DNA of 64,000 nucleotides from an uncultured Ectothiorhodospiraceae bacterium (GTDB lineage Bacteria > Pseudomonadota > Gammaproteobacteria > UBA9214), in contig CAMYJI010000016.1 in the NCBI GenBank assembly GCA_947258545.1, positions 8,401 through 72,400 of the forward strand, given 5' to 3'. This document shows, piece by piece, positions 54,498 to 64,000 of the stretch (within the stretch, counting starts at the first letter, position 1; every line of letters begins with the position of its first letter). A program made the position numbers and the translations under genes. Below the pieces are notes generated by a model. It saw nothing but the letters and a program-made list of their open reading frames with translations. It ran no database searches and was not told the DNA's origin.

Positions 54498-55544
54498 TTG
54501 TCTGATTCGGCTTGCAAGCTTGTACTGGTGGTGCCGGGCCTTTGCGGCCCGGCTATCGATGGGCTGTTTCCCGCCTACCTGGGCGAGCACCCGCAGGCGC
54601 TGGAGAAACTCCTGGCGCGTGCCCGGGTGGAGCACGGCGCTGCACAGGATCTTGATGCAAGCGTATGTGATTTCTTCGGGCTGACCGCCGGGGCGACAGG
54701 CGCACTGCCGGTGGCGCCACTGACCTGGCTTGCCGATACCGGCACCCCGGGCGCAGGCTATATCATGCGTGTCGATCCGGTGCATCTGCGCGCGGACCAG
54801 TCCAGCCTGCGTTTGTATGACAGCCGTGCCTTCTCCATCGATCCCGGGGAGGCGCAAGAACTGGCCGCGGCCTTCAACGAGCTGTACCAGGACCGGGGCT
54901 GGCACCTGGAGGTGGTGGCGCCGGCGCGCTGGTACCTGGCACTCTCAAAGCCCCCTGAGCTGGAGACCCGGTCACCCGCGGAGTGTGCCGGCCGGGACAT
55001 TAATGAAATGTTGCCACGCGGCGCGCACCGCCGTGAATGGCATGCCCTGCTGAACGAGGTCCAGATGCTGTTTCACAGTCACCCGGTCAACACGGCACGC
55101 GAGCAGCGCGGCGAACCGGCTATCAACAGCATCTGGCCCTGGGGCGGGGGTGTCCTGCCCGACGCCGTCGAGACACCTGTTGACCGTGTCGTAACCGACC
55201 ACCCGTTGGTGATGGGGCTGGCGCGGCTGGCTGGCATTCCCCGTCGAGACCTGCCGGTGGATGCAGCAGAACTGGCAGCGGACCTTGTCGACGGTACCCA
55301 TCTCGTTGTGATCGATGAGCTGGCCGGTTCTCGGGATTATGCAGATGCCGAGGCCTGGGCCGCGGGGCTGATGCGGTTCGAGGCCACCTGGTTCAGGCCG
55401 CTGCTGACGATGCTTGGCGCTGGTCGTATCGGGCAGCTCGAACTCTATCCTGTCGATGGCAGGCGCTATTGTGTCAGCCGCCGCCTGATGCGGCGCTTCT
55501 GGAGGCGCCCGCGCAGTCTCGCGCAACATTGCCGACATGACTAG
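54498..55544 (+). CDS. Conserved protein of unknown function, RpfE-type (as annotated next to recJ in Xanthomonadaceae)
   Basis: 348 aa with a TTG start. 'LVLVVPGLCGPA', 'YIMRVDPVHLRADQ' and 'SIWPWGGG'. The order with recJ-prfB-lysS matches the rpfE-recJ-prfB-lysS order I recall from Xanthomonas/Xylella. Family assignment is from memory, not from a search. Confidence 0.65.
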   Translation: MSDSACKLVLVVPGLCGPAIDGLFPAYLGEHPQALEKLLARARVEHGAAQDLDASVCDFFGLTAGATGALPVAPLTWLADTGTPGAGYIMRVDPVHLRADQSSLRLYDSRAFSIDPGEAQELAAAFNELYQDRGWHLEVVAPARWYLALSKPPELETRSPAECAGRDINEMLPRGAHRREWHALLNEVQMLFHSHPVNTAREQRGEPAINSIWPWGGGVLPDAVETPVDRVVTDHPLVMGLARLAGIPRRDLPVDAAELAADLVDGTHLVVIDELAGSRDYADAEAWAAGLMRFEATWFRPLLTMLGAGRIGQLELYPVDGRRYCVSRRLMRRFWRRPRSLAQHCRHD

Positions 55545-57258
55545 GCAGATCGTGCGGCGTCGGTCCGGCAACAGGGTGGCCGACTGGCCGGAGACCATTC
55601 CGCCTCTGCTGCAACGCGTGTATGCCGCGCGCGCCGTCGAGTCGGTCACCGACCTGGATTATGTATTGCAGAACCTGGAACCCCTGGGGCTGCTCGGGGG
55701 GCTCGACGCCGCCGCCGACCTGCTGCAGCAGGCCTTGCGGGACGAACAGCGCATTGTCGTGGTGGGTGATTTCGATGCCGATGGCGCGACCAGCACGACG
55801 TTGTGCCTGCGCGCATTGCGCGGCATGGGGGCACGGGACGTGCATTACCTGGTGCCGAACCGTTTCGAGTTCGGCTATGGCTTGACCCCCGAGATCGTGG
55901 CCGTGGCCACCGGGCTGCAGCCGGACCTGATCATGACCGTGGATAACGGGATTTCCAGTATTGCCGGCGTCGAGGCCGCCAGACAGCAGGGGATCCGCGT
56001 GCTGATCACCGATCACCACCTGCCAGGGGCCGTGCTGCCACCGGCTGATGCCATCGTCAACCCGAACAGTCCAGGCGACGAATTTCCCAGCAAGAACCTC
56101 GCCGGGGTCGGAGTCGCGTTTTATGTCATGCTGGCACTGCGGGCTCGCCTGCGCGCACACGACTGGTTCGAGCAGCAGGGTATCCCGGAGCCCAATCTCG
56201 GCCAGTTGCTGGACCTGGTGGCGCTCGGGACCGTGGCGGATGTGGTACCACTGGATCGCAACAACCGCATCCTGGTCCAGCACGGCATCCAGCGTATCCG
56301 TGCCGGGCGTTGTGTCCCGGGTATCCGCGCACTGCTGGAGGTGGGCCGGCGCAATCCCGCACGTACCGTTGCCACCGATCTCGCCTTTGCCGCCGGCCCG
56401 CGCCTCAATGCCGCCGGGCGTCTGGAGGACATGTCGCAGGGAATCGAATGCCTGTTGACCGACAGCGAGGAAACCGCACGTGAACTGGCGGCCCGGCTGG
56501 ATGCGCTCAACCGCGAGCGCAAGGAAATCGAGTCGGACATGCAGGCCCGTGCCCTGCAGGCGATTCGTGCACTGCACCTGGAGGCACAGGGCCTGCCGAC
56601 CGGCCTGTGCCTGTTCGAACCCGACTGGCACCAGGGCGTGATCGGGATTCTCGCGGCACGTATCAAGGAACAGTTCCATCGCCCGGTGATCGCCTTCGCA
56701 CGGGTCGGCAACGGTGAATTAAAAGGCTCGGCACGCTCGATACCGGGATTTCATATCCGCGATGCCCTCGATGCCGTGGCCGCACACCACCCGGAACTCA
56801 TCACCCGCTTCGGCGGCCATGCCATGGCGGCCGGACTGACGCTGGACGAGGCCCGGTACCCGGCATTTGCCGAGGCCTTCGATGCAGAGGCCTCGCGCCT
56901 GCTATCCGAGGATGACCTGAACCACACCCTCTACAGCGACGGTGAACTGCAGGCTGCCGAGTTTTCCCTGGAAACGGCGCTGGCCCTGCGCGAGGCCGGG
57001 CCCTGGGGGCAGGGTTTTCCCGCACCGATGTTTGACGGTCACTTCAGGCTGATCAGCCAGCGTGTAGTCGGTGAACGTCACCTGAAACTGGTATTGCAGC
57101 CGCTCAACGGGGAAGGGCAGATCGATGCCATCGCCTTCAATACCGCTGAACTGCCGGCACCCTGCCGGGAGGTCCGGGCGGCGTATCAACTCGATGTCAA
57201 TGAATACCGCGGCATGCTGAGTGCCCAGCTGGTGGTGGAGTACATCGAGGCCGCCTGA
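55537..57258 (+). CDS. recJ: Single-stranded-DNA-specific exonuclease RecJ
   Basis: DHH motifs 'VVVGDFDADGATS' and 'LITDHH'. DHHA1 'GGHAMAAG'. Start overlaps the previous stop by 8 nt. Confidence 0.96.
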   Translation: MTRQIVRRRSGNRVADWPETIPPLLQRVYAARAVESVTDLDYVLQNLEPLGLLGGLDAAADLLQQALRDEQRIVVVGDFDADGATSTTLCLRALRGMGARDVHYLVPNRFEFGYGLTPEIVAVATGLQPDLIMTVDNGISSIAGVEAARQQGIRVLITDHHLPGAVLPPADAIVNPNSPGDEFPSKNLAGVGVAFYVMLALRARLRAHDWFEQQGIPEPNLGQLLDLVALGTVADVVPLDRNNRILVQHGIQRIRAGRCVPGIRALLEVGRRNPARTVATDLAFAAGPRLNAAGRLEDMSQGIECLLTDSEETARELAARLDALNRERKEIESDMQARALQAIRALHLEAQGLPTGLCLFEPDWHQGVIGILAARIKEQFHRPVIAFARVGNGELKGSARSIPGFHIRDALDAVAAHHPELITRFGGHAMAAGLTLDEARYPAFAEAFDAEASRLLSEDDLNHTLYSDGELQAAEFSLETALALREAGPWGQGFPAPMFDGHFRLISQRVVGERHLKLVLQPLNGEGQIDAIAFNTAELPAPCREVRAAYQLDVNEYRGMLSAQLVVEYIEAA

Positions 57259-57638
57259 GGAGCCGAATCAGGAAATAATAATCCCGCACCAGGGCCGTTT
57301 CCCGGCCCGCACCGATGAGGCGTCCCGGGATGGTTAGAGTCCCCGATAGGGGATCAGTAACCCATCACCCCGCATACAGGTGATGGATCTGTAGGAATGC
57401 AAATGCTGTTCAGTAGATTATTATCTCGACGCTCCCCTTTATGCCCGTTTTCAGGGTGCCCCGGTAGAAGCCGAATTCTCGCCCGAATGACCGATCCTTC
57501 CGGCTTTTGCCAGTGGTGTAGTCGCACCGGGAAATTCCATGTTTACAGCCGGCCCGACGGGTTGGCGGCAGTAGTTTCTGTTGACCAACGGAGGTATGAT
57601 TGCGTGCTGCAAATGCTTCTACCTTACAGTGGTTTAAC

Positions 57639-58737
57639 ATGCTAGACCTGAATCCCATACGTGCCATGATCAAAGACCTCGACGGGCGTGCCGCGACCCT
57701 CAGGGGGTATCTTTGACCTCGATGCCAGGAGTGAGCGCCTGACCGAGGTCGTACGGGAACTGGAAGCCCCTGACATCTGGAACAACCCGGAACGCGCCCA
57801 GGAGCTGGGGCGTGAGCGTGCACGCCTGGAAGAGGTCGTGCTGACGTTGGGCAACATGGCCCAGTCCCTGCAGGATGCCGGTGAACTGCTGGAGATCGCG
57901 GCCGAGGAGGACGATGCGGCCAGCGTAGAGGAGATTGCGGCCGATGTCGCCACGCTGGAGGCGGAGATCGCCCAGCTGGAGTTTCGCCGCATGTTCTCCG
58001 GGGAGATGGACGAGGCCAATGCCTTTCTCGATATCCAGTCCGGTTCCGGTGGCACCGAGGCCCAGGACTGGGCCGAGATGCTGCTGCGCATGTTCCTGCG
58101 CTGGGGTGAGCGCCACGGATTCAAGACCGAGCTCATCGAAGTCTCGGCGGGCGAAGTGGCCGGCATCAAGAGTGCCACGGTCAAGTTCGAGGGCGACTAT
58201 GCGTTCGGCTGGTTGCGCACCGAGACCGGGGTTCACCGGTTGGTGAGAAAATCGCCGTTCGATTCCGGTAACCGGCGCCACACCTCGTTCGCCGCGGTAT
58301 TTGTCTCACCGGAAATTGCCGATGATTTCGAGACCGACATCAATCCGGCGGATCTGCGTATCGACGTCTACCGCGCGAGTGGTGCGGGCGGCCAGCACGT
58401 CAACCGTACGGAGTCGGCGGTGCGCATCACCCATGCGCCCAGCGGCATCGTGGTGCAGTGCCAGAACGACCGGTCCCAGCACAAGAACAAGGCGACGGCG
58501 ATGAAGCAGCTCAAGTCCAAGCTTTATGAACTGGAGATGCAGAAGCGCAGCGTGGACCAGCAGGCCCTGGAGGATACCAAGTCGGACATCGGCTGGGGCA
58601 GCCAGATCCGCTCCTACGTGCTGGACCAGTCCCGTATCAAGGACCTGCGCACCGGTGTCGAGGTGGGTAATACCCAGGCGGTGCTCGACGGCGACCTCGA
58701 CCAGTTCATCGAGGCCAGTCTGAAAAGCGGTTTGTAG
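57639..58737 (+). CDS. prfB: Peptide chain release factor 2 (needs a programmed +1 frameshift)
   Basis: Frame 0 reads '[25 protein letters not shown]' and then TGA at 57714-57716. The +1 frame continues 'DLDARSERL...' with 'SPF' and the 'GGQHVN' (GGQ) motif. Confidence 0.95.
57701..57717 (+). promoter_or_regulatory. RF2 autoregulatory +1 frameshift site
   Basis: Internal SD-like 'AGGGGG', then 'TAT CTT TGA C': the canonical CUU UGA C slippery stop context. Confidence 0.9.
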
Positions 58738-58758
58738 GATATATTTGATTCATAAAGT

Positions 58759-58843
58759 CAACCGCAAACACGCGAAGCGCGCAACGAACTTAGTTCTATA
58801 AATATTCATGTTTTCTTTGCGTACATTGCGCCTTTGCGGTGAA
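58759..58843. repeat. MITE-like repeat, family 1, short degenerate copy E
   Basis: The right arm 'ttctttgcgtacattgcgcctttgcggtgaa' (58813-58843) is well conserved. The left arm 'caaccgcaaacacgcgaagcgcgcaacgaa' (58759-58788) is degenerate. Lies in the prfB-lysS spacer. Confidence 0.6.
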
Positions 58844-58881
58844 CGGATGTTTATATGTAGAGTTGGGAAAACAGACAGACC

Positions 58882-60369
58882 ATGACAGACCAGGATGAGA
58901 ATGCCCTCATAGCCCAGCGGCGCGCCAAGCTGAATGCCCTGCGCGAGGCCGGCAATGCCTTTCCCAATGACTTCCGTCGCGATGCCATTGCCGGTGAGTT
59001 GCATGCCGAATACGATGACAAGGACAACGAGACCCTTGAGGCCAGCCCCATCCGTGTCAAGGTGGCGGGTCGGCTCATGGCCAAGCGCATCATGGGCAAG
59101 GCGAGCTTTGCCCAGGTGCAGGACATGTCCGGCCGTATCCAGCTGTTCCTGCAGCGTGATTCACTGCCTGAAGGGGTTTACCGTGATTTCAAGTCCTGGG
59201 ACATCGGCGACATCGTCGGGGCCGAGGGTGTCCTGTTCAAGACCCGGACCGGCGAGCTGTCGGTGCGCACCGAGACGGTCCGCATCCTGACCAAGTCGCT
59301 GCGACCCCTGCCGGAAAAGTTCCACGGCCTGGCGGACCAGGAGACCCGTTACCGGCAGCGTTATGTCGATCTCATCATGAACGAGATCTCGCGTAACACC
59401 TTCCGGATGCGCAGCCGCATCGTGCAGTATATTCGCCAGTACCTCAACGAGCGAGACTACCTCGAGGTGGAAACCCCGATGATGCAGGCCATTCCCGGGG
59501 GTGCCACGGCACGGCCGTTCTCCACCTACCACCATGCCCTGGATATGGACCTGTTTCTGCGCATCGCGCCCGAGTTGTACCTCAAGCGCCTGGTGGTCGG
59601 TGGTTATGAGAGGGTCTACGAGATCAACCGGAATTTCCGCAACGAGGGTCTGTCGACACGGCATAATCCCGAGTTCACCATGCTGGAGTTCTACCAGGCC
59701 TATGCCGACTACAATGACCTGATGGACCTGACCGAGGATCTGCTGGTCAGCATGGCCTCAGACCTGCTGAACACCACCACGATTACGTGCCAGGGCGAGC
59801 ACTATGATTTCGGCCGGCCGTTCCGGCGCATGACCGTGCGCGATTCCATTCTGCATTTCAATCCGGACCTCAGCGCAAACGACATCGATGACCTGGACAG
59901 GGCGCGCGCGGTTGCCGGGAGTCTTGGCATCCCGCTAAAGGACAGCTACGGCCTGGGCAAGGTGCAGATCGAGATCTTCGAGAAGACCGTGGAAGGGCGG
60001 CTGGCAGACCCCACCTTCATCACCGCCTATCCGACCGAGGTCTCACCGCTGGCACGGCGCAGTGACGACGACCCGTTTGTCACCGACCGCTTCGAGTTCT
60101 TCGTGGGTGGCCGGGAGATCGCCAACGGGTTCTCCGAGCTCAACGATGCCGAGGACCAGGCGGAGCGTTTCCGCATGCAGGTCCAGGAAAAGGAGGCGGG
60201 TGACCTGGAGGCCATGCATTTCGACGCCGATTACATCCGCGCCCTGGAGCACGGCATGCCGCCGACGGCCGGGGAGGGTATCGGCATCGACCGGCTGGTG
60301 ATGCTGTTTACCGATTCGCCCTCGATACGTGATGTGCTGCTGTTCCCGCACATGCGGCCAGAGGCATAG
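58882..60369 (+). CDS. lysS: Lysine--tRNA ligase (class II)
   Basis: '[20 protein letters not shown]' and '[17 protein letters not shown]'. 495 aa. Confidence 0.97.
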   Translation: MTDQDENALIAQRRAKLNALREAGNAFPNDFRRDAIAGELHAEYDDKDNETLEASPIRVKVAGRLMAKRIMGKASFAQVQDMSGRIQLFLQRDSLPEGVYRDFKSWDIGDIVGAEGVLFKTRTGELSVRTETVRILTKSLRPLPEKFHGLADQETRYRQRYVDLIMNEISRNTFRMRSRIVQYIRQYLNERDYLEVETPMMQAIPGGATARPFSTYHHALDMDLFLRIAPELYLKRLVVGGYERVYEINRNFRNEGLSTRHNPEFTMLEFYQAYADYNDLMDLTEDLLVSMASDLLNTTTITCQGEHYDFGRPFRRMTVRDSILHFNPDLSANDIDDLDRARAVAGSLGIPLKDSYGLGKVQIEIFEKTVEGRLADPTFITAYPTEVSPLARRSDDDPFVTDRFEFFVGGREIANGFSELNDAEDQAERFRMQVQEKEAGDLEAMHFDADYIRALEHGMPPTAGEGIGIDRLVMLFTDSPSIRDVLLFPHMRPEA

Positions 60370-60401
60370 CTTCCCGCCCTGGTGAATCAGCCCTCGCGGC
60401 T

Positions 60402-61964
60402 TCACGTCCCCTGAGAGCTGTCGATGTAGAGCTGGAGGCGCTGGCCCGGTTGCAGGTATTTTCCTTCCGTGAGGGTGTTCCACTCCCTCAGGTCGGCAAT
60501 GCTGACATTGAATCGTCTCGATATCAGGAACAGCGAGTCACCCGTGCGTACCGTGTAAGTGAACAGGCGGGGCATTGCGTCGTCCTGCTGGATGACGAGT
60601 ACCTGTCCGTTTCGGAGGATCGCGTCGGGATCGAGGTCGTTCCACAGTGCCAGCTCGCGAACGCTGGTCCCGTAGCGCCGCGCAATAGTCCAGAGATTGT
60701 CGCCCTCGCTGACGCGATAGTGCGTTTCATTGCCGGGTGTATCGCTGCCCGGGTCCGTGTCCGTCAGGGGATGGCTGATCGGGGTGCGTGCCGCCACCGG
60801 CACCAGCAGGTGGCCTCCGGCACGTATGGTGTTATTACGCAGCCGGTTGCTGGCACGTAATACCGGGACCGTGGTGTCGTAGCGGCCGGCGATATGGCTG
60901 AGTGTTTCACCGGGTCGGATCTGGTGACGCACCCATTTCATCCGTTCCGAGGCCGGCAGCATCGCGAGGTTCTGCTCGAAGACGGCGGATTTCTCCTGTG
61001 GAATGGCCAGTTGCTGTGGCCCCTCCGGATGGGTGGCCCAGCGCTGGTAACCTGGATTCAGCTGCTGCAGCTCGCCGACCGTCATGCCTGCCAACTCGGC
61101 GGCGACCTCGAGGTTGATCTGGCCAGGCAGGTCGATGAGGGTGAACCGGGGGTCCTGGTCGAGCGGGGTCAGATGTACCCCGTAGTCCTCCGGCGCCGCG
61201 ACGATGGTACTGATTGCCAGCAGCCTGGGGACGTAGGACGCGGTCTCGCTCGGTAGCTTGAGGGACCAGTAGTCTACGGGCTTGCCGGCCCGGCGGTTAT
61301 TCCTGATGGCATTGCGAACTGTTTTACCCCCGGCGTTGTAGGCGGCGAGGGCCAGTAACCAGTCACCGTTGAATTTCTTATGCAGTATTTCAAGGTGGTC
61401 CAATGCGGCCCGGGTCGAGGCCACCACATCACGGCGACCGTCATACCACCAGTCCTGTTCCAGGCCATAGTGCCTGGCCGTAAGCGGAATGATCTGCCAC
61501 AAACCGGCCGCCCGTTTTGGGGATTGGGCCTGAGGATTGAAATTGCTTTCGATAAACGGCAGCAGGGCGATCTCGGTGGGGAAACCGCGCTTGTCCACTT
61601 CGTTGTAGATATAGGCCAGGTAGGGTTCGCCGCGCTTGAATGAGCCTTCGATGGCGCGCGTGTGTCTCGCATAGCGGCGGATGTGGCGCGCTACCGATGA
61701 CTTGTCTTTATCGGGCAGTCTGAAACCACTGCGGATAGCGTCCCACATATCACTTGCGGGTGCCTGCACAGTCAAGTCGACCACGTCATCCCGGGGCACA
61801 TCCGCGCTGACGACTGTCGGGACATTCTCCGGTGCCTGATCCTCGCTGGTGCTGTCGACGGGCTGTTCCGGTATTTCCGGGCGTGACGTGGTGGTATCCA
61901 GGGACGCGCATCCTGACAGCAGCAGGATGATGGCGCCCGGCAGTGTAAATCGATTGGTGCTCAT
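60402..61964 (-). CDS. mltD: Membrane-bound lytic murein transglycosylase D-like lipoprotein (SLT + LysM repeats)
   Basis: Lipobox 'IILLLSGC', SLT active-site region 'ALLPFIESNFNPQAQSPKRAAGLWQI' and three C-terminal LysM repeats ('HQIRPGETLSHIA', 'YRVSEGDNLWTIA', 'YTVRTGDSLFLIS'). Confidence 0.88.
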   Translation of the reverse strand: MSTNRFTLPGAIILLLSGCASLDTTTSRPEIPEQPVDSTSEDQAPENVPTVVSADVPRDDVVDLTVQAPASDMWDAIRSGFRLPDKDKSSVARHIRRYARHTRAIEGSFKRGEPYLAYIYNEVDKRGFPTEIALLPFIESNFNPQAQSPKRAAGLWQIIPLTARHYGLEQDWWYDGRRDVVASTRAALDHLEILHKKFNGDWLLALAAYNAGGKTVRNAIRNNRRAGKPVDYWSLKLPSETASYVPRLLAISTIVAAPEDYGVHLTPLDQDPRFTLIDLPGQINLEVAAELAGMTVGELQQLNPGYQRWATHPEGPQQLAIPQEKSAVFEQNLAMLPASERMKWVRHQIRPGETLSHIAGRYDTTVPVLRASNRLRNNTIRAGGHLLVPVAARTPISHPLTDTDPGSDTPGNETHYRVSEGDNLWTIARRYGTSVRELALWNDLDPDAILRNGQVLVIQQDDAMPRLFTYTVRTGDSLFLISRRFNVSIADLREWNTLTEGKYLQPGQRLQLYIDSSQGT

Positions 61965-62124
61965 TGATTGATTATGGACATTCAGGTCGATTCTTATAAG
62001 AGCAAGACTGTGACACAGGTCGCAATAGCCGCTTCACGGTGGCCGTCACATATGCTGACAGGCGAACCTGGCACGGTCAACATCCGCGAGGTCTGCCAGC
62101 ATCTGGGCGGCATCGGGGTGCCAG

Positions 62125-62910
62125 ATGCGGTATGATTTTACCGCAATGAATACGGATTCGTCAGTTTCCCAGCAGGCCTTGTCCCTGCGCCGGTGGTATA
62201 GGCGCCCGTTAGGGCGCCTGTTGGCCGAGGTGGAGTTTTTGGCCCTGGCGGAGCAGCTCCCCAACATCTTCGGCTACCACCTGATGGTAGTTGATCCCCC
62301 CTGGGATGAGTGTGCACTGACCGCCAGCCGGATTCCGCATCACGTGGTGCAGCGCATTCACACCGACCCACTGACAGAGGCGGGTTTAATCGGGGACACC
62401 GAGTCATGGCCGGTGATGACCGATACTGTGGACGCCATTATTTTGCCGCATACCCTCGAGATGACACCGGACCCACACCAGGTCCTGCGAGAGGCCGACC
62501 GCAGCCTGATACCCGATGGTCATCTGGTCATCCTGGGATTCAACCCACGCAGTCTCTGGGGGGTGCGACGGATACTGTCGCGGCGTTCCCGGGAAATGCC
62601 CTGGTCGGGTCGATTTCTGAGCATGCACCGCATCAGGGACTGGCTCAGCCTGCTGGGATTTGACACCCTGGAGAGCCGTTTCCTGTTTCATCGTCCGCCC
62701 GTGCAGAACACGCGCCTGCTGGAGAAGCTCCAGTTCTTCGAGCCGCGTACGCAGCATGGCCGGATGCTACTCGCCGGGTCCTATATCCTGGTCGCCCGGA
62801 AACGCACCATGATTATGACGGCCATCAAGGCCGGTCGCAGCACGTCTCGGCAGCTGTTCCCGGTCGGTGTGCCGAGCTCCAGCCAGAGGAACCTGCGGCG
62901 TGCCGGCTGA
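62125..62910 (+). CDS. Class I SAM-dependent methyltransferase (type 11-like)
   Basis: '[39 protein letters not shown]'. Directly 5' of rnhA. An alternative ATG lies at 62146. Confidence 0.75.
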   Translation: MRYDFTAMNTDSSVSQQALSLRRWYRRPLGRLLAEVEFLALAEQLPNIFGYHLMVVDPPWDECALTASRIPHHVVQRIHTDPLTEAGLIGDTESWPVMTDTVDAIILPHTLEMTPDPHQVLREADRSLIPDGHLVILGFNPRSLWGVRRILSRRSREMPWSGRFLSMHRIRDWLSLLGFDTLESRFLFHRPPVQNTRLLEKLQFFEPRTQHGRMLLAGSYILVARKRTMIMTAIKAGRSTSRQLFPVGVPSSSQRNLRRAG

Positions 62911-63355
62911 AACGGAGATCTACACCGATGGTGCCTGCCGCGGCAATCCGGGTCCCGGTGGTTGGGGTGCGCTGCTGCGATACAAGGGCCACGAGAAGAC
63001 CCTCTACGGGGCCGAGGGGATGACCACCAACAACCGCATGGAACTCATGGCCGCAATCAAGGCGCTGGAAAGCCTGAAACGTCACTGCCGGGTCAGGCTG
63101 ACAACGGATTCGCAATACGTGCAGAAAGGGATTACCGAATGGATGCCCAACTGGAAGAAACGCGGCTGGAAGACGGCCTCCAGGAAACCGGTTAAAAACG
63201 CCGATCTCTGGCAGCGCCTGGATGCGGCCATCATGGGGCATGAGATCGTGTGGGAGTGGGTGCGCGGCCATAGCGGACATCCGGAAAACGAACAGGCGGA
63301 TGCGCTGGCGAACCAGGCCATCGACGAGCTGCTGATGATGACCGAAAAAGAGTGA
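62900..63355 (+). CDS. rnhA: Ribonuclease HI
   Basis: The GTG at 62900 gives '[23 protein letters not shown]'. '[11 protein letters not shown]' and '[18 protein letters not shown]'. Overlaps the methyltransferase stop. Confidence 0.93.
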   Translation: MPAETEIYTDGACRGNPGPGGWGALLRYKGHEKTLYGAEGMTTNNRMELMAAIKALESLKRHCRVRLTTDSQYVQKGITEWMPNWKKRGWKTASRKPVKNADLWQRLDAAIMGHEIVWEWVRGHSGHPENEQADALANQAIDELLMMTEKE

Positions 63356-63356
63356 A

Positions 63357-63493
63357 TTACCGCAAAGGCGCAAAGGAATAAATTATTAACTTAAAAACAT
63401 GAATGCACCCGATTAACATCCCTATCGAACTACCATGAATACAAAGAAAAGCAGGATAGTATTCTTTGAATTCTTTGCGTCCTTTGTGGTGAA
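63357..63493. repeat. MITE-like repeat, family 1, copy F
   Basis: Arms 'ttaccgcaaaggcgcaaaggaa' (63357-63378) and 'ttctttgcgtcctttgtggtgaa' (63471-63493). Starts 2 nt after the rnhA stop. Confidence 0.7.
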
Positions 63494-63524
63494 AACCGTT
63501 TACCTGAAAAAGTAACAAACGACT

Positions 63525-64000
63525 ATGCGACAGATTGTACTGGATACCGAGACCACCGGACTGGAACCCTCTGACGGGCACCGGATCATCGAGATCGGCT
63601 GTGTCGAACTGGTGAACCGGCGCATTACCGGAAACACCTATCACCAGTATATCCAGCCGGACCGTGACATCGATGCCGGTGCCATGGAGGTGCACGGCAT
63701 CCGCAACGAGTTTCTCGCCGACAAGCCTCGCTTTATCGACATTGCGGATGAATTTCTCGAGTTCATCCGCGGGACGACGCTTATTATTCATAATGCGCCC
63801 TTTGATGTTGGCTTCATCAACCACGAATTCGCCCTGCTGGGGAATAGCACCGGCAGCGTTACGGACCATTGCAGTGTTGTGGATACGCTGGCGATGGCGC
63901 GGCGGCAGCATCCCGGGCAGCGCAACAACCTGGATGCGCTCTGCAAGCGTTATGAGATAGACAATTCGCAGCGTGAACTGCACGGCGCGCTGCTCGACGC
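63525..64000 (+). CDS. dnaQ: DNA polymerase III epsilon subunit (3'-5' exonuclease), 5' part; runs off the window
   Basis: My own translation from the ATG at 63525: 'MRQIVLDTETTGLEPSDGHRIIEIGCVEL' (Exo I), 'IIHNAPFDVGF' (Exo II) and 'ELHGALLD' (Exo III). It is not in the ORF track because it is open-ended. Confidence 0.95.
   Translation, partial: MRQIVLDTETTGLEPSDGHRIIEIGCVELVNRRITGNTYHQYIQPDRDIDAGAMEVHGIRNEFLADKPRFIDIADEFLEFIRGTTLIIHNAPFDVGFINHEFALLGNSTGSVTDHCSVVDTLAMARRQHPGQRNNLDALCKRYEIDNSQRELHGALLD

Noticed and set aside
54114-54905. 263-aa minus-strand ORF spanning the thrC-downstream repeats and the 5' part of the RpfE-type gene.
   Set aside because: Its C-terminal half is a translation of the REP and MITE repeats. 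Its N-terminal half is antisense to a better-supported gene.
57465-57525. Possible 4.5S/SRP RNA on the minus strand, because of 'gccggaaggatcgg'.
   Set aside because: Only the CCGGAAGGA core resembles the SRP domain IV motif. The flanking conserved 'GGUCAGGUCCGGAAGGAAGCAGCC' context and the long closing helix are absent.
61965-62124. Possible remnant of gloB between mltD and the methyltransferase. This position is occupied by gloB in several gammaproteobacteria as I recall.
   Set aside because: The spacer is only about 160 bp. The short minus-strand reading ('...RARFACQHM') shows no convincing metallo-beta-lactamase motif. I cannot support it from sequence.

Overview
This window looks like core chromosome of a GC-rich gammaproteobacterium, judged from gene content and order; the exact taxon cannot be determined from sequence alone. 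It holds about 60 protein genes, nearly all housekeeping and in textbook synteny.

Minus strand:
- dapC-dapD-arsC/yffB-like-dapE runs without a gap into a TatT-type (TPAT) TRAP transporter.
- glnD-map follows.

Plus strand:
- rpsB-tsf-pyrH-frr-uppS-cdsA-dxr-rseP-bamA-skp-lpxD-fabZ-lpxA-lpxB-rnhB
- dnaE-accA-tilS-pyrG-kdsA-eno-ftsB-ispD-ispF-truD
- surE-pcm-yqaA-like-nlpD-rpoS
- alaC-hom-thrC
- an RpfE-type gene, then recJ-prfB (classic +1 frameshift)-lysS
- a methyltransferase, rnhA and the 5' part of dnaQ; mltD sits on the minus strand between lysS and the methyltransferase.

I found no rRNA, tRNA, CRISPR array, prophage, integrase or recognisable defence or toxin locus. I could not identify a convincing new multi-gene system.

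Four things are not explained by core genes:
1. A visibly AT-richer ~2 kb islet (1600-3627) holds a decayed IS3-like relic, a REP pair, a CXXC-less membrane thioredoxin-fold gene and an orphan PEP-CTERM gene with no signal peptide.
2. A membrane GGDEF cyclase and a 70-bp AT tract are inserted between rnhB and dnaE.
3. Two families of MITE-like intergenic repeats occur (4 full copies plus a solo arm, and 3 copies), along with REP-type palindromes. Behind thrC a repeat nest carries a 242-bp-period tandem duplication that includes the last 18 nt of thrC.
4. A 380-bp structured spacer lies upstream of prfB.

Many long ORFs in the track are antisense shadow ORFs of the GC-rich genes and are not called.
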